From the NCBI GenBank assembly GCA_023449275.1, contig JAEXJM010000057.1, forward strand, positions 89 to 64,088: DNA of 64,000 bases, written 5' to 3'. This stretch comes from Pseudomonadota bacterium (GTDB lineage: Bacteria; Pseudomonadota; Gammaproteobacteria; Burkholderiales; Burkholderiaceae_D). Below are positions 1 to 13,746 of this stretch, one piece after another. Both the position numbers and the translations under genes were made by a program. Below the pieces are notes generated by a model, which searched no databases, was not told where the DNA came from, and saw only the letters and a list, made by a program, of their open reading frames with translations. Within the stretch, counting starts at the first letter, position 1; each line of letters opens with the position of its first letter.

Positions 1-14
1 ATAAGGAACATTTT

Positions 15-3222
<3,208 letters not shown>

Positions 3223-3236
<14 letters not shown>

Positions 3237-4680
3237 GAAAATAACCCTCGTCTTGCTTGCTGCCGGAGTTTTAAGCAGTTGCAGCATGGCGCCTGCTTAT
3301 GTCCGTCCGGATGCCCCGATTGAAAACCGGTTCCCGGGCAAGGCGGATGACGCTTCGGCAAAAACGCCTGCAAACCGGATCGGCTGGAACGAGTTTTTCC
3401 GCGATCCCCGCCTGAAGGCGCTGATAGCGGCCGCCATAGAAAACAACCGTGACCTGAGAGTCGCCGCATTGCGGATTGAAGAAGCTCGCGCAATGTACGG
3501 AATACAATGGGCAGACCGGCTGCCGACTCTGAATGTACAGGGATCGGGAACCCGTGCACGGACGATCGATTCAACCGGTGCAATGGGCCAGCAGGGCAAT
3601 TACACTGTCGGCCTGGGTCTGGCGGCTTTTGAGCTGGACTTTTTCGGACGCGTGAAGAGTCTGACGGATGCCGCCCTTGCAGAATATCTGGCAACGGAAG
3701 AGGCACAAAGGGCCGCCTATATCAGTCTGGTTTCGGAAGTCGCCAAAAACTATCTGACCGAGCGTGCCCAGGCCAAGCAGATCGAACTGGCGAGAAATTC
3801 CTATGAATCCTACAAGCGTACTTATGGCCTGATGCAAAAGCGTTATGAAGTCGGTGCATCGTCCGCACTCGAGCTCCGCCAGTATGAAACGCTGATGCAA
3901 TCCGCTCTGGTATCGGTTTCGACTCTGGAGCGCCAGCATGCCCAGACGGAAAATGCGCTGGTCGTCCTGATCGGCGGAAAGCAGATCAGGGATTTGCCAC
4001 CGGCAACGGACTTTTCCGAAGACGACATCATGCAGGACATCCCGGCCGGCCTGCCATCCGATCTGTTGAATAACCGGCCGGACATCCGTCAGTACGAGCA
4101 ATCGCTGAAAGCGGCCAATGCCAATATCGGAGCGGCCAGAGCGGCCTTCTTCCCCCAGATCACGCTGACCGGTTTTGCCGGAACAGTCAGCAACCGCTTG
4201 TCCAATCTGTTCGATCCGCATTCCGGGTCATGGAGTTTTACACCCCAGCTGACCCTTCCGATCTTTGATGCCGGACGCAATATTAGCAACCTGGATCTGG
4301 CAGAAGCACGCAAAAATATCGCTGTCGCACAATATGAAAAGACCGTTCAGGTCGCTTTCAGGGAAGTTGCCGACGCGCTGATGGCGCGCGACTGGCTCAA
4401 TGAACAGGTCAAGGCCCAGGCAGCTGTTCTGAAATCCGAGTCGGAACGCCTGCGTTTGTCCGAGGCGCGCTATAATAACGGCATTGCCAGCTCGCTGGAA
4501 GTATTCGATGCGCAGCGCCAGCAATTTGCTGCGGAACAGTCTCTGATTGATGCACGCCTGCTTCGCCTGACCAATACGGTCGAACTGTACCGGTCACTGG
4601 GTGGTGGTCTTGTCGATGCGAATGCCGCAAAAGCGACCAGATCTGCTGCGGAAGCAGGCGCTGAAAATGCCAAAGGCTGA
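3223..4680 (+). CDS. oprM: Efflux outer-membrane channel lipoprotein (OprM/NodT family)
   Basis: Lipoprotein signal MKMIKKITLVLLAAGVLSSC; motifs NNRDLRVA, FELDFFGRV, PSDLLNNRPDI, ANANIGAARAAFFP, LYRSLGGG; overlaps the acrB stop. Start placed at ATG 3223 (3229 also possible). Confidence 0.93.
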
Positions 4681-4696
4681 TAACGGCGTGTAATTC

Positions 4697-4741
4697 GTCT
4701 GTGCAACTTTTTTGAATCCGCTTCGATTCTGTTGCACAGAC
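4697..4741. terminator. Long inverted repeat after oprM (terminator-like or RNA-stabilising hairpin)
   Basis: GTCTGTGCAAC (4697-4707) pairs with GTTGCACAGAC (4731-4741), with an inner GAATC/GATTC stem; there is no clean U-tract. Confidence 0.5.
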
Positions 4742-5024
4742 AACGTGTTTTTAAAACCGGACTTCCCCTGTTTCAAAATGTCTGTGTTTTTTTTGGTTAT
4801 AATCAATTTTTATTTTATTGATTATGGCATTATTGTCCAGAACAGATTTACGTTAGAATCTGGAATTAAATGCCGGACCGGTTTTATTGATCAGGGTTCT
4901 GCAATATCTGCGTCTTTCATGTAATATGTTTCCATATTCATGAATCTACTGGTATCTCAATAAGTCCAATAAACATTTCCGGATATATCCTTAACTCACA
5001 TTTCCCTCTTTTTTCGAGGACATC

Positions 5025-5351
5025 ATGGCTAACAATATCAAATCTATCAGCGATGCTTCCTTTGAAGCAGATGTATTGAAATCCGACAAACCTGTTCTGG
5101 TCGATTTCTGGGCAGAATGGTGCGGCCCCTGCAAGATGATCGCTCCGATTGTCGATGAAGTCGCTTCCCTCTACGCAGGCAAAGTCAATTTCACGAAAAT
5201 GGATGTCGATTCCAATCCGGCCACTCCTGCCAAATTCGGCATTCGTGGCATTCCGACATTGATTTTGTTCAAAAATGGCGCTATTGTTTCGCAAAAAGTA
5301 GGAGCCTTGAGTAAAAGCCAGTTAACGGCTTTTATCGATAGCAATATCTGA
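5025..5351 (+). CDS. trxA: Thioredoxin 1
   Basis: 108 aa; [15 protein letters not shown] active site; GIRGIPTL; directly upstream of rho as usual. Confidence 0.98.
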   Translation: MANNIKSISDASFEADVLKSDKPVLVDFWAEWCGPCKMIAPIVDEVASLYAGKVNFTKMDVDSNPATPAKFGIRGIPTLILFKNGAIVSQKVGALSKSQLTAFIDSNI

Positions 5352-5363
5352 TATCATCACGTC

Positions 5364-5387
5364 AATGGCGGCAGAGCCGCCATTTTC
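5364..5387 (+). terminator. Hairpin between trxA and rho
   Basis: AATGGCGGC-AGA-GCCGCCATT followed by a short TTTC tail. Confidence 0.55.
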
Positions 5388-5459
5388 ATCCCTCATCAGT
5401 CTCCAACGGTAATCTCTTCTTGATTCAATCTCTCGTTGTAAACCTTAAGTTTTAACATT

Positions 5460-6722
5460 ATGCATTTATCTGAATTAAAGTCTCTGCATGTCTCCGCACT
5501 GCTGGAAATGGCGCTCGGCCTCGAAATCGACAACGCTGCCCGTATGCGCAAACAGGAACTCATGTTTGCCATCCTGAAAAAACGCGCCAAGGCAGGCGAA
5601 CAGGTTTACGGCGACGGAGCACTGGAAATTCTCCCTGACGGCTTCGGTTTTCTCCGTTCACCTGATGCCAGTTACATGGCTTCAACCGACGACATTTACA
5701 TTTCCCCTTCACAAATCAGGCGTTTCAACCTCCATACCGGCGATTCGATTGAAGGTGAAGTCAGAACCCCGAAAGATGGTGAACGCTATTTCGCACTGGT
5801 CAAGGTCGACAAGGTCAATGGCGCGCCACCGGAACAGTCCAAGCACCGGATGCTGTTTGAAAACCTGACCCCGCTTCACCCGGATGAACCCCTGAAACTC
5901 GAACGCGATATCAGTTCCCAGGAAAACATTACCGGCCGCATCATCGACATGATCGCCCCTGTCGGCAAGGGACAGCGCGGCCTTCTGGTCGCATCGCCGA
6001 AATCCGGCAAGACCGTCATGCTGCAGCACATGGCTCATGCCATCACCACCAATCACCCTGACGTCATTCTGTTCGTCCTGCTGATCGATGAACGTCCTGA
6101 AGAAGTGACGGAAATGCAGCGCTCCGTCCGCGGTGAAGTCGTCGCTTCCACGTTCGACGAACCGGCCACACGCCACGTTCAGGTCGCTGAAATGGTTCTG
6201 GAAAAAGCCAAACGTCTGGTGGAAATGAAAAAAGACGTCGTCATTCTTCTGGACTCCATCACCCGTCTGGCAAGAGCCTACAATACCGTCATTCCGGCCT
6301 CTGGCAAGGTTTTGACCGGTGGTGTGGATGCCAATGCCCTGCAACGTCCGAAGCGCTTCTTCGGTGCCGCACGTAACGTTGAAGAAGGTGGTTCCCTGAC
6401 GATCATCGCCACGGCACTGGTCGAAACCGGCAGCCGCATGGATGACGTGATCTATGAAGAATTCAAGGGCACAGGCAATATGGAAGTTCATCTGGAACGC
6501 CGTCTGGCCGAAAAACGTGTTTATCCGTCGATCAACCTCAACAAATCGGGAACACGCCGCGAAGAATTGCTGATCAAGCCGGACCAGTTGCAGAAAATCT
6601 GGATTCTTCGCAAACTGCTGTACGGCATGGATGAAATCGAGGCGATGGAATTCATTCTCGACAAAATGAAGGCGACCAAAAACAATGCCGACTTCTTCGA
6701 CCTGATGCGTCGAGGTGGCTGA
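5460..6722 (+). CDS. rho: Transcription termination factor Rho
   Basis: 420 aa; [24 protein letters not shown]-loop [28 protein letters not shown]. Confidence 0.99.
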   Translation: MHLSELKSLHVSALLEMALGLEIDNAARMRKQELMFAILKKRAKAGEQVYGDGALEILPDGFGFLRSPDASYMASTDDIYISPSQIRRFNLHTGDSIEGEVRTPKDGERYFALVKVDKVNGAPPEQSKHRMLFENLTPLHPDEPLKLERDISSQENITGRIIDMIAPVGKGQRGLLVASPKSGKTVMLQHMAHAITTNHPDVILFVLLIDERPEEVTEMQRSVRGEVVASTFDEPATRHVQVAEMVLEKAKRLVEMKKDVVILLDSITRLARAYNTVIPASGKVLTGGVDANALQRPKRFFGAARNVEEGGSLTIIATALVETGSRMDDVIYEEFKGTGNMEVHLERRLAEKRVYPSINLNKSGTRREELLIKPDQLQKIWILRKLLYGMDEIEAMEFILDKMKATKNNADFFDLMRRGG

Positions 6723-6737
6723 TCAGGTTACCTTTAT

Positions 6738-6773
6738 AAAAAACGGTTACGTCGATTCGTAACCGTTTTTTTT
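6738..6773 (+). terminator. Intrinsic terminator after rho
   Basis: AAAAAACGGTTACG-TCGATT-CGTAACCGTTTTTTTT. Confidence 0.85.
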
Positions 6774-7001
6774 GGCATGAAGCGATTGCATGTTGTTTCA
6801 ACAGGCATTCAACGTCAGCAGACGATTTTTTGAATAAAACACCTTATTGGCATTTCCAATAATGCCTCTATTAAATTTATTGTAAATTTCGTTTAATAAA
6901 TCGATTAATTGGCTGATAATATATTCAATGCTTTTAAATAAAATAATATTTTTAAGATCATTAAAAATATTTATGAACGAATACCATTCGGGGAGGTGAA
7001 A

Positions 7002-7415
7002 ATGGATCTAAAAGGAACACGAACGGAACAGAATCTGGTCGACGCTTTCATCAATGAGGCACAGACTGCCGTCATATTCGAGTATGTCAGCCATCGGGCT
7101 GCCGTCGAAGGCCATAACGACATCAGCGCCAAACTGCAGACAAGTTCGATCAGCCGCAAAAGCCAGGCCATGGGCAATTTGCAGATCCTGCAGAAAGACC
7201 CGCTTTCGGGCCTTCGCAACAACATGACCCGATTGAATATCCAGTCAGCCATTTCAACTTCCACCAAAAACTACCACGACAAATACGCCAAAATGGCTGA
7301 AATCGCACGTGATGAAGGTTTTGACACGATTGCCAACTGGTTCGACACATTGGCAAAGGCGGAACGTATGGAAGCCAAATTATATGAAGATGCCCTGAAA
7401 ACGCTGCTGGACTAA
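7002..7415 (+). CDS. Rubrerythrin/erythrin-fold protein (short form, no rubredoxin domain) with degenerate di-iron ligands
   Basis: LKGTRTEQNL..AF..E at the N-terminus and ARDEGFDTIANWFDTLAKAE at the C-terminus are typical of short betaproteobacterial rubrerythrins; SD GGAGG precedes ATG 7002. Confidence 0.8.
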   Translation: MDLKGTRTEQNLVDAFINEAQTAVIFEYVSHRAAVEGHNDISAKLQTSSISRKSQAMGNLQILQKDPLSGLRNNMTRLNIQSAISTSTKNYHDKYAKMAEIARDEGFDTIANWFDTLAKAERMEAKLYEDALKTLLD

Positions 7416-7438
7416 GAACCGGCTGGTTCAAGGCATTG

Positions 7439-7471
7439 AAAAAGGCAGATAAATGTTTATCTGCCTTTTTT
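7439..7471. terminator. Bidirectional intrinsic terminator
   Basis: AAAAAGGCAGATAAA-TG-TTTATCTGCCTTTTTT between convergent genes. Confidence 0.85.
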
Positions 7472-7476
7472 GCGCC

Positions 7477-8721
7477 TTATTCTCCCGGAAGAAGAATCTT
7501 GTGATCCTTGCTGAACTGGTAATCACGGAAAATGTGTTCCGCGCTGGGGAGTTCATAAGTCCCGTCACCCATCTGACGGGTGGTTTCCTTCAAACGATAG
7601 GTATAATGTCCGCAAGTCCAGACGTTATAATTGCGCATATGAGTGCACAGACAGATCTTGTCCCTGACGGTGATGATCTTGCCGTCCGGACGTGAACCAA
7701 GTTCCTTGTAATACTCGTCCAGATAAGCGCATTTGCCATTTTCAAGCAGATAACCGTACGATTCGCAGTTGGGGCGCAATCCGATTCCGATGGCCGGCGT
7801 CTTCTTCAGCATCCGCATCGGGTAACCGGTCGGCGAGACCAGATTCACTTCGATATCGTCTTCATTGGCAGAGAGATAGGCCTGTTTGGCCTTGTCCGGC
7901 AAGCCGCATTCTTTTGAAATCGTAAAGCGAGTGGCCACCTGAACGCCTCCGACGCCCTGTTCCATCAACGAAACCGCATCCGAACCGGTAAATATACCGC
8001 CGGCAGCGATGATCGGTATTTCCAGTTCTTCAGCTTTCAGATATTCAATGATTTCGCCGACAATGGTTTTCAGGTCATATTTTGCCCAGTCCATGCCGAA
8101 GCCCAGATGTCCGCCCGCCAGCGGCCCTTCCACCACGACGTAATCAGGAACGCGATTCAACTTGGCATTGCGGCGCAGGAAAATCTGCAGGGCTCGCACG
8201 GAGGAAACGATAATGCCCAGCCTGACGTCACGGAAACGGGGATGATCTTCAATCAGCTTGAAAGAATTGGCATGCAGGCCTGCCGCCAGGGTAATGCCAT
8301 CGATTCCCGCATCCATTGCCGCCCTCAAACGGGCGCGCAGCGTTTCGCGGGGCGCGTTCATCGTCAGCTTTTCCATGCAATTGATGAAAATGAGGCCATT
8401 GCCCTTTTTCTTTTCCATCGCGCTGGCGACATGCAGGCGGGTGGCTTCCTCGACCTGCCCCAGAGCGAAGATGATCCCGGATTTATCCTTCTGGCCGATG
8501 TGTGACCTGAACTGGAGTGTCTTGTTTTTCGTATAGCTTGTCCCGAAATAGCGATCTGCGGAATCCATTGCCATCGCGTCGGAAATATGACCGATCCCCC
8601 CCAGGCGGGCGGCTTCCAACGCCAGTTTTTCGGTGGAAATATCGACACCCATTCCCCCGATTATGATGGGAACATATTCCTTTCCGCTCAATTTCAAACG
8701 GAAATCATCAACACATTTCAT
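7477..8721 (-). CDS. Nitronate monooxygenase / 2-nitropropane dioxygenase-family FMN enzyme
   Basis: PIIIGGMGVDIS, VVVEGPLAGGHLG, IIAAGGIFTG, GVQVATRF, SPTGYPMR motifs. Confidence 0.85.
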   Translation of the reverse strand: MKCVDDFRLKLSGKEYVPIIIGGMGVDISTEKLALEAARLGGIGHISDAMAMDSADRYFGTSYTKNKTLQFRSHIGQKDKSGIIFALGQVEEATRLHVASAMEKKKGNGLIFINCMEKLTMNAPRETLRARLRAAMDAGIDGITLAAGLHANSFKLIEDHPRFRDVRLGIIVSSVRALQIFLRRNAKLNRVPDYVVVEGPLAGGHLGFGMDWAKYDLKTIVGEIIEYLKAEELEIPIIAAGGIFTGSDAVSLMEQGVGGVQVATRFTISKECGLPDKAKQAYLSANEDDIEVNLVSPTGYPMRMLKKTPAIGIGLRPNCESYGYLLENGKCAYLDEYYKELGSRPDGKIITVRDKICLCTHMRNYNVWTCGHYTYRLKETTRQMGDGTYELPSAEHIFRDYQFSKDHKILLPGE

Positions 8722-9017
8722 CGCTATCCTTGGACTACTGTTAAAGTTAGGCGCCTTATTTTTGTTTCTTCTGAATAAAAGGGAGCCAAAAATATCATAA
8801 CCGCGTCGAACTTGTTTTAAATAGCCCTAATTTCATATAAATGCACTCTGAAAACATATATTCAGAACCGTGCACCACACCATATTGATTGAGGCCCGAC
8901 AAGCCAAACTGCACCATTATAATTTTACTTTATGAATATGCAATACAAAAAAACGAAAACTGCATATAACTGCCCGCAATCGGGAAAGACAATACAACAC
9001 CCCGCCCGCAAACCGTA

Positions 9018-9854
9018 TCAGTGGGACATCAGAACCGGCATGGTCGCGTCGCCCAGCACCGTTCTGGTTACCCCTCCCAGCAGGAATTCCCTGAACCGGG
9101 TATGCCCGTATCCTCCCATTACCAGCAAATCGGAAGACTGCGCCTCGGCCAGCGCCAGTACGGCAGACCCGATATCTTTATTGACCTGTGGCGGCAATAC
9201 TTCGACGTTGATGCCATGACGGGCCAGATAAAGGGCAAGATCATGTCCGGCATGCTCGGCATTCACATCGGGTTCCTTGTCGATATTGAACATGGCGATC
9301 TGCACGACATCCGCCTTTTTCAGGATCGGAATGGCGTCTGCCACTGCCCGTGTTGCCTCCCTGCTGGCATTCCAGCAGATCATCACCCTTTTTCCCACCT
9401 CTTTTTCAAAGGTCGAGGGCACGATCAATACAGGACGTCCGGCATTCATCATAACGTATTCCGGAAAATCAGGTGCGACGACAGGAGACGTTTCATGAAG
9501 GTCGGTCTGACCGATGACGACAAGGTCGGCAAAACGGGACAACAAACTGATGCCCTGATTCGCCTCGCCATCCACAATACGGCCTTCATGAGAAGGCACG
9601 CCCATTCTTTTTGCCTGTCCCTCGAATTCCTTTACGAAACCCGCCGCACGGTCATGCAGGAACTGGAGATGAGACGCGATGACAGGGTCTTTCTCATCGA
9701 TATTGGCCTGTTGAAAGGTCAGAGTCGAAACGCCGATCATGGCAGCGCCGATCAGACAGGCATTTTCGGCAATAGCCATCTGGCAGGCAATGCGAATGCG
9801 CTCTTTGGCATGCGATTCCCTGTCAAGGTGTACCAGAATTGTTTTGTATGACAT
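9018..9854 (-). CDS. Universal stress protein (tandem USP domains)
   Basis: MSYKTILVHLD, ADLVVIGQ, GRPVLIVP, WNASREATRAV, DLLVMGGYGH..REFLLGGVT..PVLMSH. Confidence 0.92.
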   Translation of the reverse strand: MSYKTILVHLDRESHAKERIRIACQMAIAENACLIGAAMIGVSTLTFQQANIDEKDPVIASHLQFLHDRAAGFVKEFEGQAKRMGVPSHEGRIVDGEANQGISLLSRFADLVVIGQTDLHETSPVVAPDFPEYVMMNAGRPVLIVPSTFEKEVGKRVMICWNASREATRAVADAIPILKKADVVQIAMFNIDKEPDVNAEHAGHDLALYLARHGINVEVLPPQVNKDIGSAVLALAEAQSSDLLVMGGYGHTRFREFLLGGVTRTVLGDATMPVLMSH

Positions 9855-9909
9855 GATCACTCCCGTTCAGATTGATTGAGCAAGGAGAAGACAAGCTCAC
9901 CCGGAAACA

Positions 9910-9933
9910 GAAGGCGGCCGGCAGAGCCGCCTT
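9910..9933 (-). terminator. Probable terminator after aspartate kinase
   Basis: AAGGCGGC...GCCGCCTT stem directly after the ask stop codon. Confidence 0.55.
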
Positions 9934-9936
9934 TTC

Positions 9937-11187
9937 CTATACCTGCTCCAGTTCGAATGCCTTGTGCAATGCCCGTACAGCCAGTTCCATGTATTTCTCG
10001 TCAATGATGACGGAAATCTTGATTTCGGATGTCGAAATCATCAGGATATTGATGCCTTCTTCCGAAAGCGTGCCGAACATTTTCGAAGCGACACCGACAT
10101 GGCTTCGCATGCCGATACCAATAGCGGACACTTTGGATACCTTCGCGTCCCCGATGATATCGGCAGCACCGATTTCCGCCTTGATCTTGTTGTTCAGCAG
10201 GTCCATCGCACGATTGTAATCCGGGCGCGGAACAGTGAAGGTAAAGTCTGTTTTTCCATTGATCGACTGATTCTGGATGATCATGTCAACCTCGATATTG
10301 GCGGCAGCGATAGCTCCCAGAATCTGGAAAGCGATACCTGGACGGTCAGGCACGCCTACCACCGTGATTTTCGCTTCGTCGCGGCTGAATGCAATGCCGG
10401 AGATAACAGTTTGTTCCATATGCGAGTCTTCTTCAAAAGTAATCAATGTGCCGGATTTGGCTTCTTCTTCCAGTGGAATATCCGGATCGGTCATGGATGA
10501 CAACACACGTGTGGGAACGTGGTAGTTTCCGGCCAGTTCCACCGAACGTGTCTGCAACACTTTCGATCCCAGAGACGCCATTTCAAGCATTTCCTCAAAG
10601 GTGATTTTCTTCAGCCTTCTTGCATCGGTGACGACACGCGGATCGGTTGTATATACACCATCCACATCGGTATAAATCAGGCATTCCGAGGCTTTCAGGG
10701 CGGCGGCAACAGCGACAGCCGATGTATCCGAACCACCCCGTCCGAGAGTCGTGATGTTTCCATCTTCACTGATGCCCTGAAAACCGGCAATGATGACGAT
10801 TTTTCCGGCGTCCAGGTTTTCCCTGATTCTTGCCTCGTCGATAGACTGGATTCGTGCCTTGGTATGGGAAGTGTCCGTCTTGACAGGAACCTGCCAGCCG
10901 GTAAACGAAACGGCCTGTTTTCCCTGCTGCATCAATGCCATTGACAACAGACCGACAGAGACCTGTTCACCGGTCGATGTCACCATGTCCAGTTCGCGCT
11001 GATCCGGTTCGGGCATGATTTCCTTTGCCAGACCGATCAGACGGTTGGTTTCACCTGCCATTGCAGATGGAACGACGACAACCTGATGTCCTGCATTGTG
11101 CCATTTGGCAACACGCCGGGCGACGTTCTTGATACGGTCGATAGACCCCATCGACGTCCCGCCATATTTATGAACGACTAGAGCCAT
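9937..11187 (-). CDS. lysC: Aspartate kinase
   Basis: MALVVHKYGGTSMGS, TTLGRGGSDTSAVA, YTDVDGVYTTDPR; two C-terminal ACT domains ending ISTSEIKISV. Confidence 0.97.
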   Translation of the reverse strand: MALVVHKYGGTSMGSIDRIKNVARRVAKWHNAGHQVVVVPSAMAGETNRLIGLAKEIMPEPDQRELDMVTSTGEQVSVGLLSMALMQQGKQAVSFTGWQVPVKTDTSHTKARIQSIDEARIRENLDAGKIVIIAGFQGISEDGNITTLGRGGSDTSAVAVAAALKASECLIYTDVDGVYTTDPRVVTDARRLKKITFEEMLEMASLGSKVLQTRSVELAGNYHVPTRVLSSMTDPDIPLEEEAKSGTLITFEEDSHMEQTVISGIAFSRDEAKITVVGVPDRPGIAFQILGAIAAANIEVDMIIQNQSINGKTDFTFTVPRPDYNRAMDLLNNKIKAEIGAADIIGDAKVSKVSAIGIGMRSHVGVASKMFGTLSEEGINILMISTSEIKISVIIDEKYMELAVRALHKAFELEQV

Positions 11188-11291
11188 ATAGTATTTATGA
11201 ATAAAGAGTAAGTGAAAGTTCAGCTTTCAACTTTACCGTTTGAGGTGAAATTTAACAAGACATACAGCCTGCAGGCGCATAAAAAAAGCGG

Positions 11292-12701
11292 TTATTGATC
11301 GCGTTCCCATCGGATCCGGACACATTTTCCGGTATTTTTCATGCAAGCGGCAGACATGCCGATTCCCGCGGCATAAATCAGCTCGTCTTCGAAAAAAACC
11401 AGTGGCAGGAATTGCCTTTCCCATGAGGGGATACCCTGTTCCTGACAAAGCGCCTTGAGTGTCTTGGTCGGCCTTCCCGCCAGTTTCAGTCTGGCACTTC
11501 CGCGATACGGTTCGATTCTCAGCTTGCGCCGCTGCAGCCAGTCGATGTCGAAACCCGACGTGCTTTCCTCAAAACAGAGTTTTCCATGCCACTGATGAAG
11601 CCTGAAAGTGTTTTCCCCATGCCACTGGATATCAAGCGGATGAGGCTGGCTTGTCGGCCCGGGAATCTTGTCTACAGAAATGTTCTGGCGGTATCGGCGA
11701 ATCGTATGACCGTCAAGCATCAGGTCAATTCGGGCATCCTCACGTGCCGCGATCAGCTGCTGTTTCGCCTGCATAAGCCATGCAGTCGAAGGCATGCGTA
11801 CGCCATTGACCGACAGCCAGTATCGCAGCAGATTGTCCATCCTGTCCTGATCGAGCAATCGCATACGCTCCAGATCAAGACAGCCCTTTTCTGTTACGCA
11901 ATTTTCCAGATCCTGTCTCGCCATTTCTTCCAGCAAACGCCGTGCAGACCCGGCATGCTGCGCCGTCCGCGCCAAACGTTTCCCAAATCCCGGAAAAAGG
12001 TCTTCCAGAACGGGAACCAGCTTGTGGCGAATTGCGTTCCGGGTGTATTTCACATCGTCATTTGAATCGTCATGGATATGGCTGGCACCTGTCCCTGACA
12101 GAAATGACACCAGTTCCGCACGGGAAACGGACAAAAGCGGTCGCCCCAGAACAGGTGTTTCTTCCCCGAAAAGTTCAGGGGAGCTGACTACCATTTCCAT
12201 TCCGGACAAACCGGCGACGCCCGTTCCACGCATCAATTGCAGCAATATCGTTTCAATCTGGTCATCTTCATGGTGCGCCGTCAGTATCAACGGCACATCA
12301 TGCTTGCGACACATGTCACCCAATGCCTGATAGCGTTTGGCACGCGCCTGTGCCTCGATGCCGTCGCCACCTGTCCTGTCTATCTCCACCCGACGGCTGT
12401 CAAAAGGAATCCCCCATCGCAAACACTCGCTTCGACAGTGATCCAGCCAGTCATCGGCATACCGATTCAGACCGTGATGAACATGAAAAGCGATGAGAGA
12501 ATACGCGTGTGTGGCAGCGAAATGCTGTGCCAGGTGCAAAAGAACTGTCGAATCCAGGCCTCCGCTATAAGCGATGGCGATTCGTGTGTCATTCGGCGAT
12601 TCGGATAAGGACAATTGAGTGGCATCATCAGCCTTTTCCAGAGAAAAAACGCGCGCCAGAATAGTTTCCAGCGCGCGTTCAAATGTTTCCCGGACGGCCA
12701 T
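11292..12701 (-). CDS. tilS: tRNA(Ile)-lysidine synthase
   Basis: PP-loop AYSGGLDSTVLL, HVHHGL, AHHEDDQIET, DDSNDD..RNAIRH; downstream of accA. Start uncertain (12701 or 12710). Confidence 0.95.
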   Translation of the reverse strand: MAVRETFERALETILARVFSLEKADDATQLSLSESPNDTRIAIAYSGGLDSTVLLHLAQHFAATHAYSLIAFHVHHGLNRYADDWLDHCRSECLRWGIPFDSRRVEIDRTGGDGIEAQARAKRYQALGDMCRKHDVPLILTAHHEDDQIETILLQLMRGTGVAGLSGMEMVVSSPELFGEETPVLGRPLLSVSRAELVSFLSGTGASHIHDDSNDDVKYTRNAIRHKLVPVLEDLFPGFGKRLARTAQHAGSARRLLEEMARQDLENCVTEKGCLDLERMRLLDQDRMDNLLRYWLSVNGVRMPSTAWLMQAKQQLIAAREDARIDLMLDGHTIRRYRQNISVDKIPGPTSQPHPLDIQWHGENTFRLHQWHGKLCFEESTSGFDIDWLQRRKLRIEPYRGSARLKLAGRPTKTLKALCQEQGIPSWERQFLPLVFFEDELIYAAGIGMSAACMKNTGKCVRIRWERDQ

Positions 12702-12719
12702 GTTATGCAAGACAGTACC

Positions 12720-13694
12720 TTATCTGGCCTGTTCACTATCTTTGAACTGACCGTAATTGAGCCATTTTTCCTGACGTGCGGCGATCAGTTCGTCAATAGG
12801 CGTATCCTGGATCAGGCGATACGATTCGGCGAGTTCACGTTTCAATGTCGCCGCAATCGCTTTCATGTCACGATGGGCGCCGCCCAATGGTTCCTCGATG
12901 ATCTTGTCGATCAAGCCGATCGATTTGAGGCGTTGTGCCGTCAGACCCAGTGCTTCGGCGGCTTCATTGGCGCGTTCGGCTGTTTTCCACAGAATGGATG
13001 CGCAACCTTCTGGCGAAATGACGGAATAAACCGAGTATTGCAGCATCTGGACGGTATCCGCCACGGCAATTGCCAATGCACCGCCGGAACCACCTTCGCC
13101 GATGATGGTGGCGATGATGGGTACTTTCAGCTCGGCCATGACGAAAAGGTTCTTGCCAATAGCTTCGGACTGCCCCCGTTCTTCCGCGTCAATCCCCGGG
13201 AACGCACCCGGGGTGTCAACGAACGTGAAAACCGGCAACTTGAATTTCTCGGCCATTTTCATCAGACGCAGTGCCTTGCGATAGCCTTCGGGACGTGGCA
13301 TACCAAAATTGCGGAAACTCCTTTCCTTGACGTCACGGCCTTTCTGATGGCCCATGACAACGCACGGGATACCGTTGAAGCGTGCAAGGCCGCCGACGAT
13401 AGCCGGATCGTCCGCAAAAGCGCGATCCCCATGCAGCTCATGGAAATCCGTGAAGATTTCATTGATATAGTCCAGCGTATAAGGCCTGTTCGGATGACGC
13501 GCGATTTGCGAAACCTGCCAAGGCGTCAGTCTGGAATAAATATCCTTGGTCAGCTGTTTGCTTTTTTTCATCAGCCGCGTGATTTCTTCCGAAATATCGA
13601 CAGCCGAGTCATCCTGGACGAAACGCAATTCTTCAATTTTGGCATCCAGCTCGGCGATGGGTTGCTCGAAGCTGAGAAAATTCGTTTTAGCCAC
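12720..13694 (-). CDS. accA: Acetyl-CoA carboxylase carboxyltransferase alpha subunit
   Basis: [57 protein letters not shown] start with AGGAG. Confidence 0.98.
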   Translation of the reverse strand: MAKTNFLSFEQPIAELDAKIEELRFVQDDSAVDISEEITRLMKKSKQLTKDIYSRLTPWQVSQIARHPNRPYTLDYINEIFTDFHELHGDRAFADDPAIVGGLARFNGIPCVVMGHQKGRDVKERSFRNFGMPRPEGYRKALRLMKMAEKFKLPVFTFVDTPGAFPGIDAEERGQSEAIGKNLFVMAELKVPIIATIIGEGGSGGALAIAVADTVQMLQYSVYSVISPEGCASILWKTAERANEAAEALGLTAQRLKSIGLIDKIIEEPLGGAHRDMKAIAATLKRELAESYRLIQDTPIDELIAARQEKWLNYGQFKDSEQAR

Positions 13695-13746
13695 ACTATC
13701 TCCTTAAACCGACTGCAAGGCTCTGGCAGTCGAGAAAATTAATTTT

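Noticed and set aside
6913..6930. Fur/PerR box (TGATAATATATTCAATG) upstream of the rubrerythrin-like gene
   Set aside because: Only one half-site matches well, and the region is so AT-rich that chance matches are likely.
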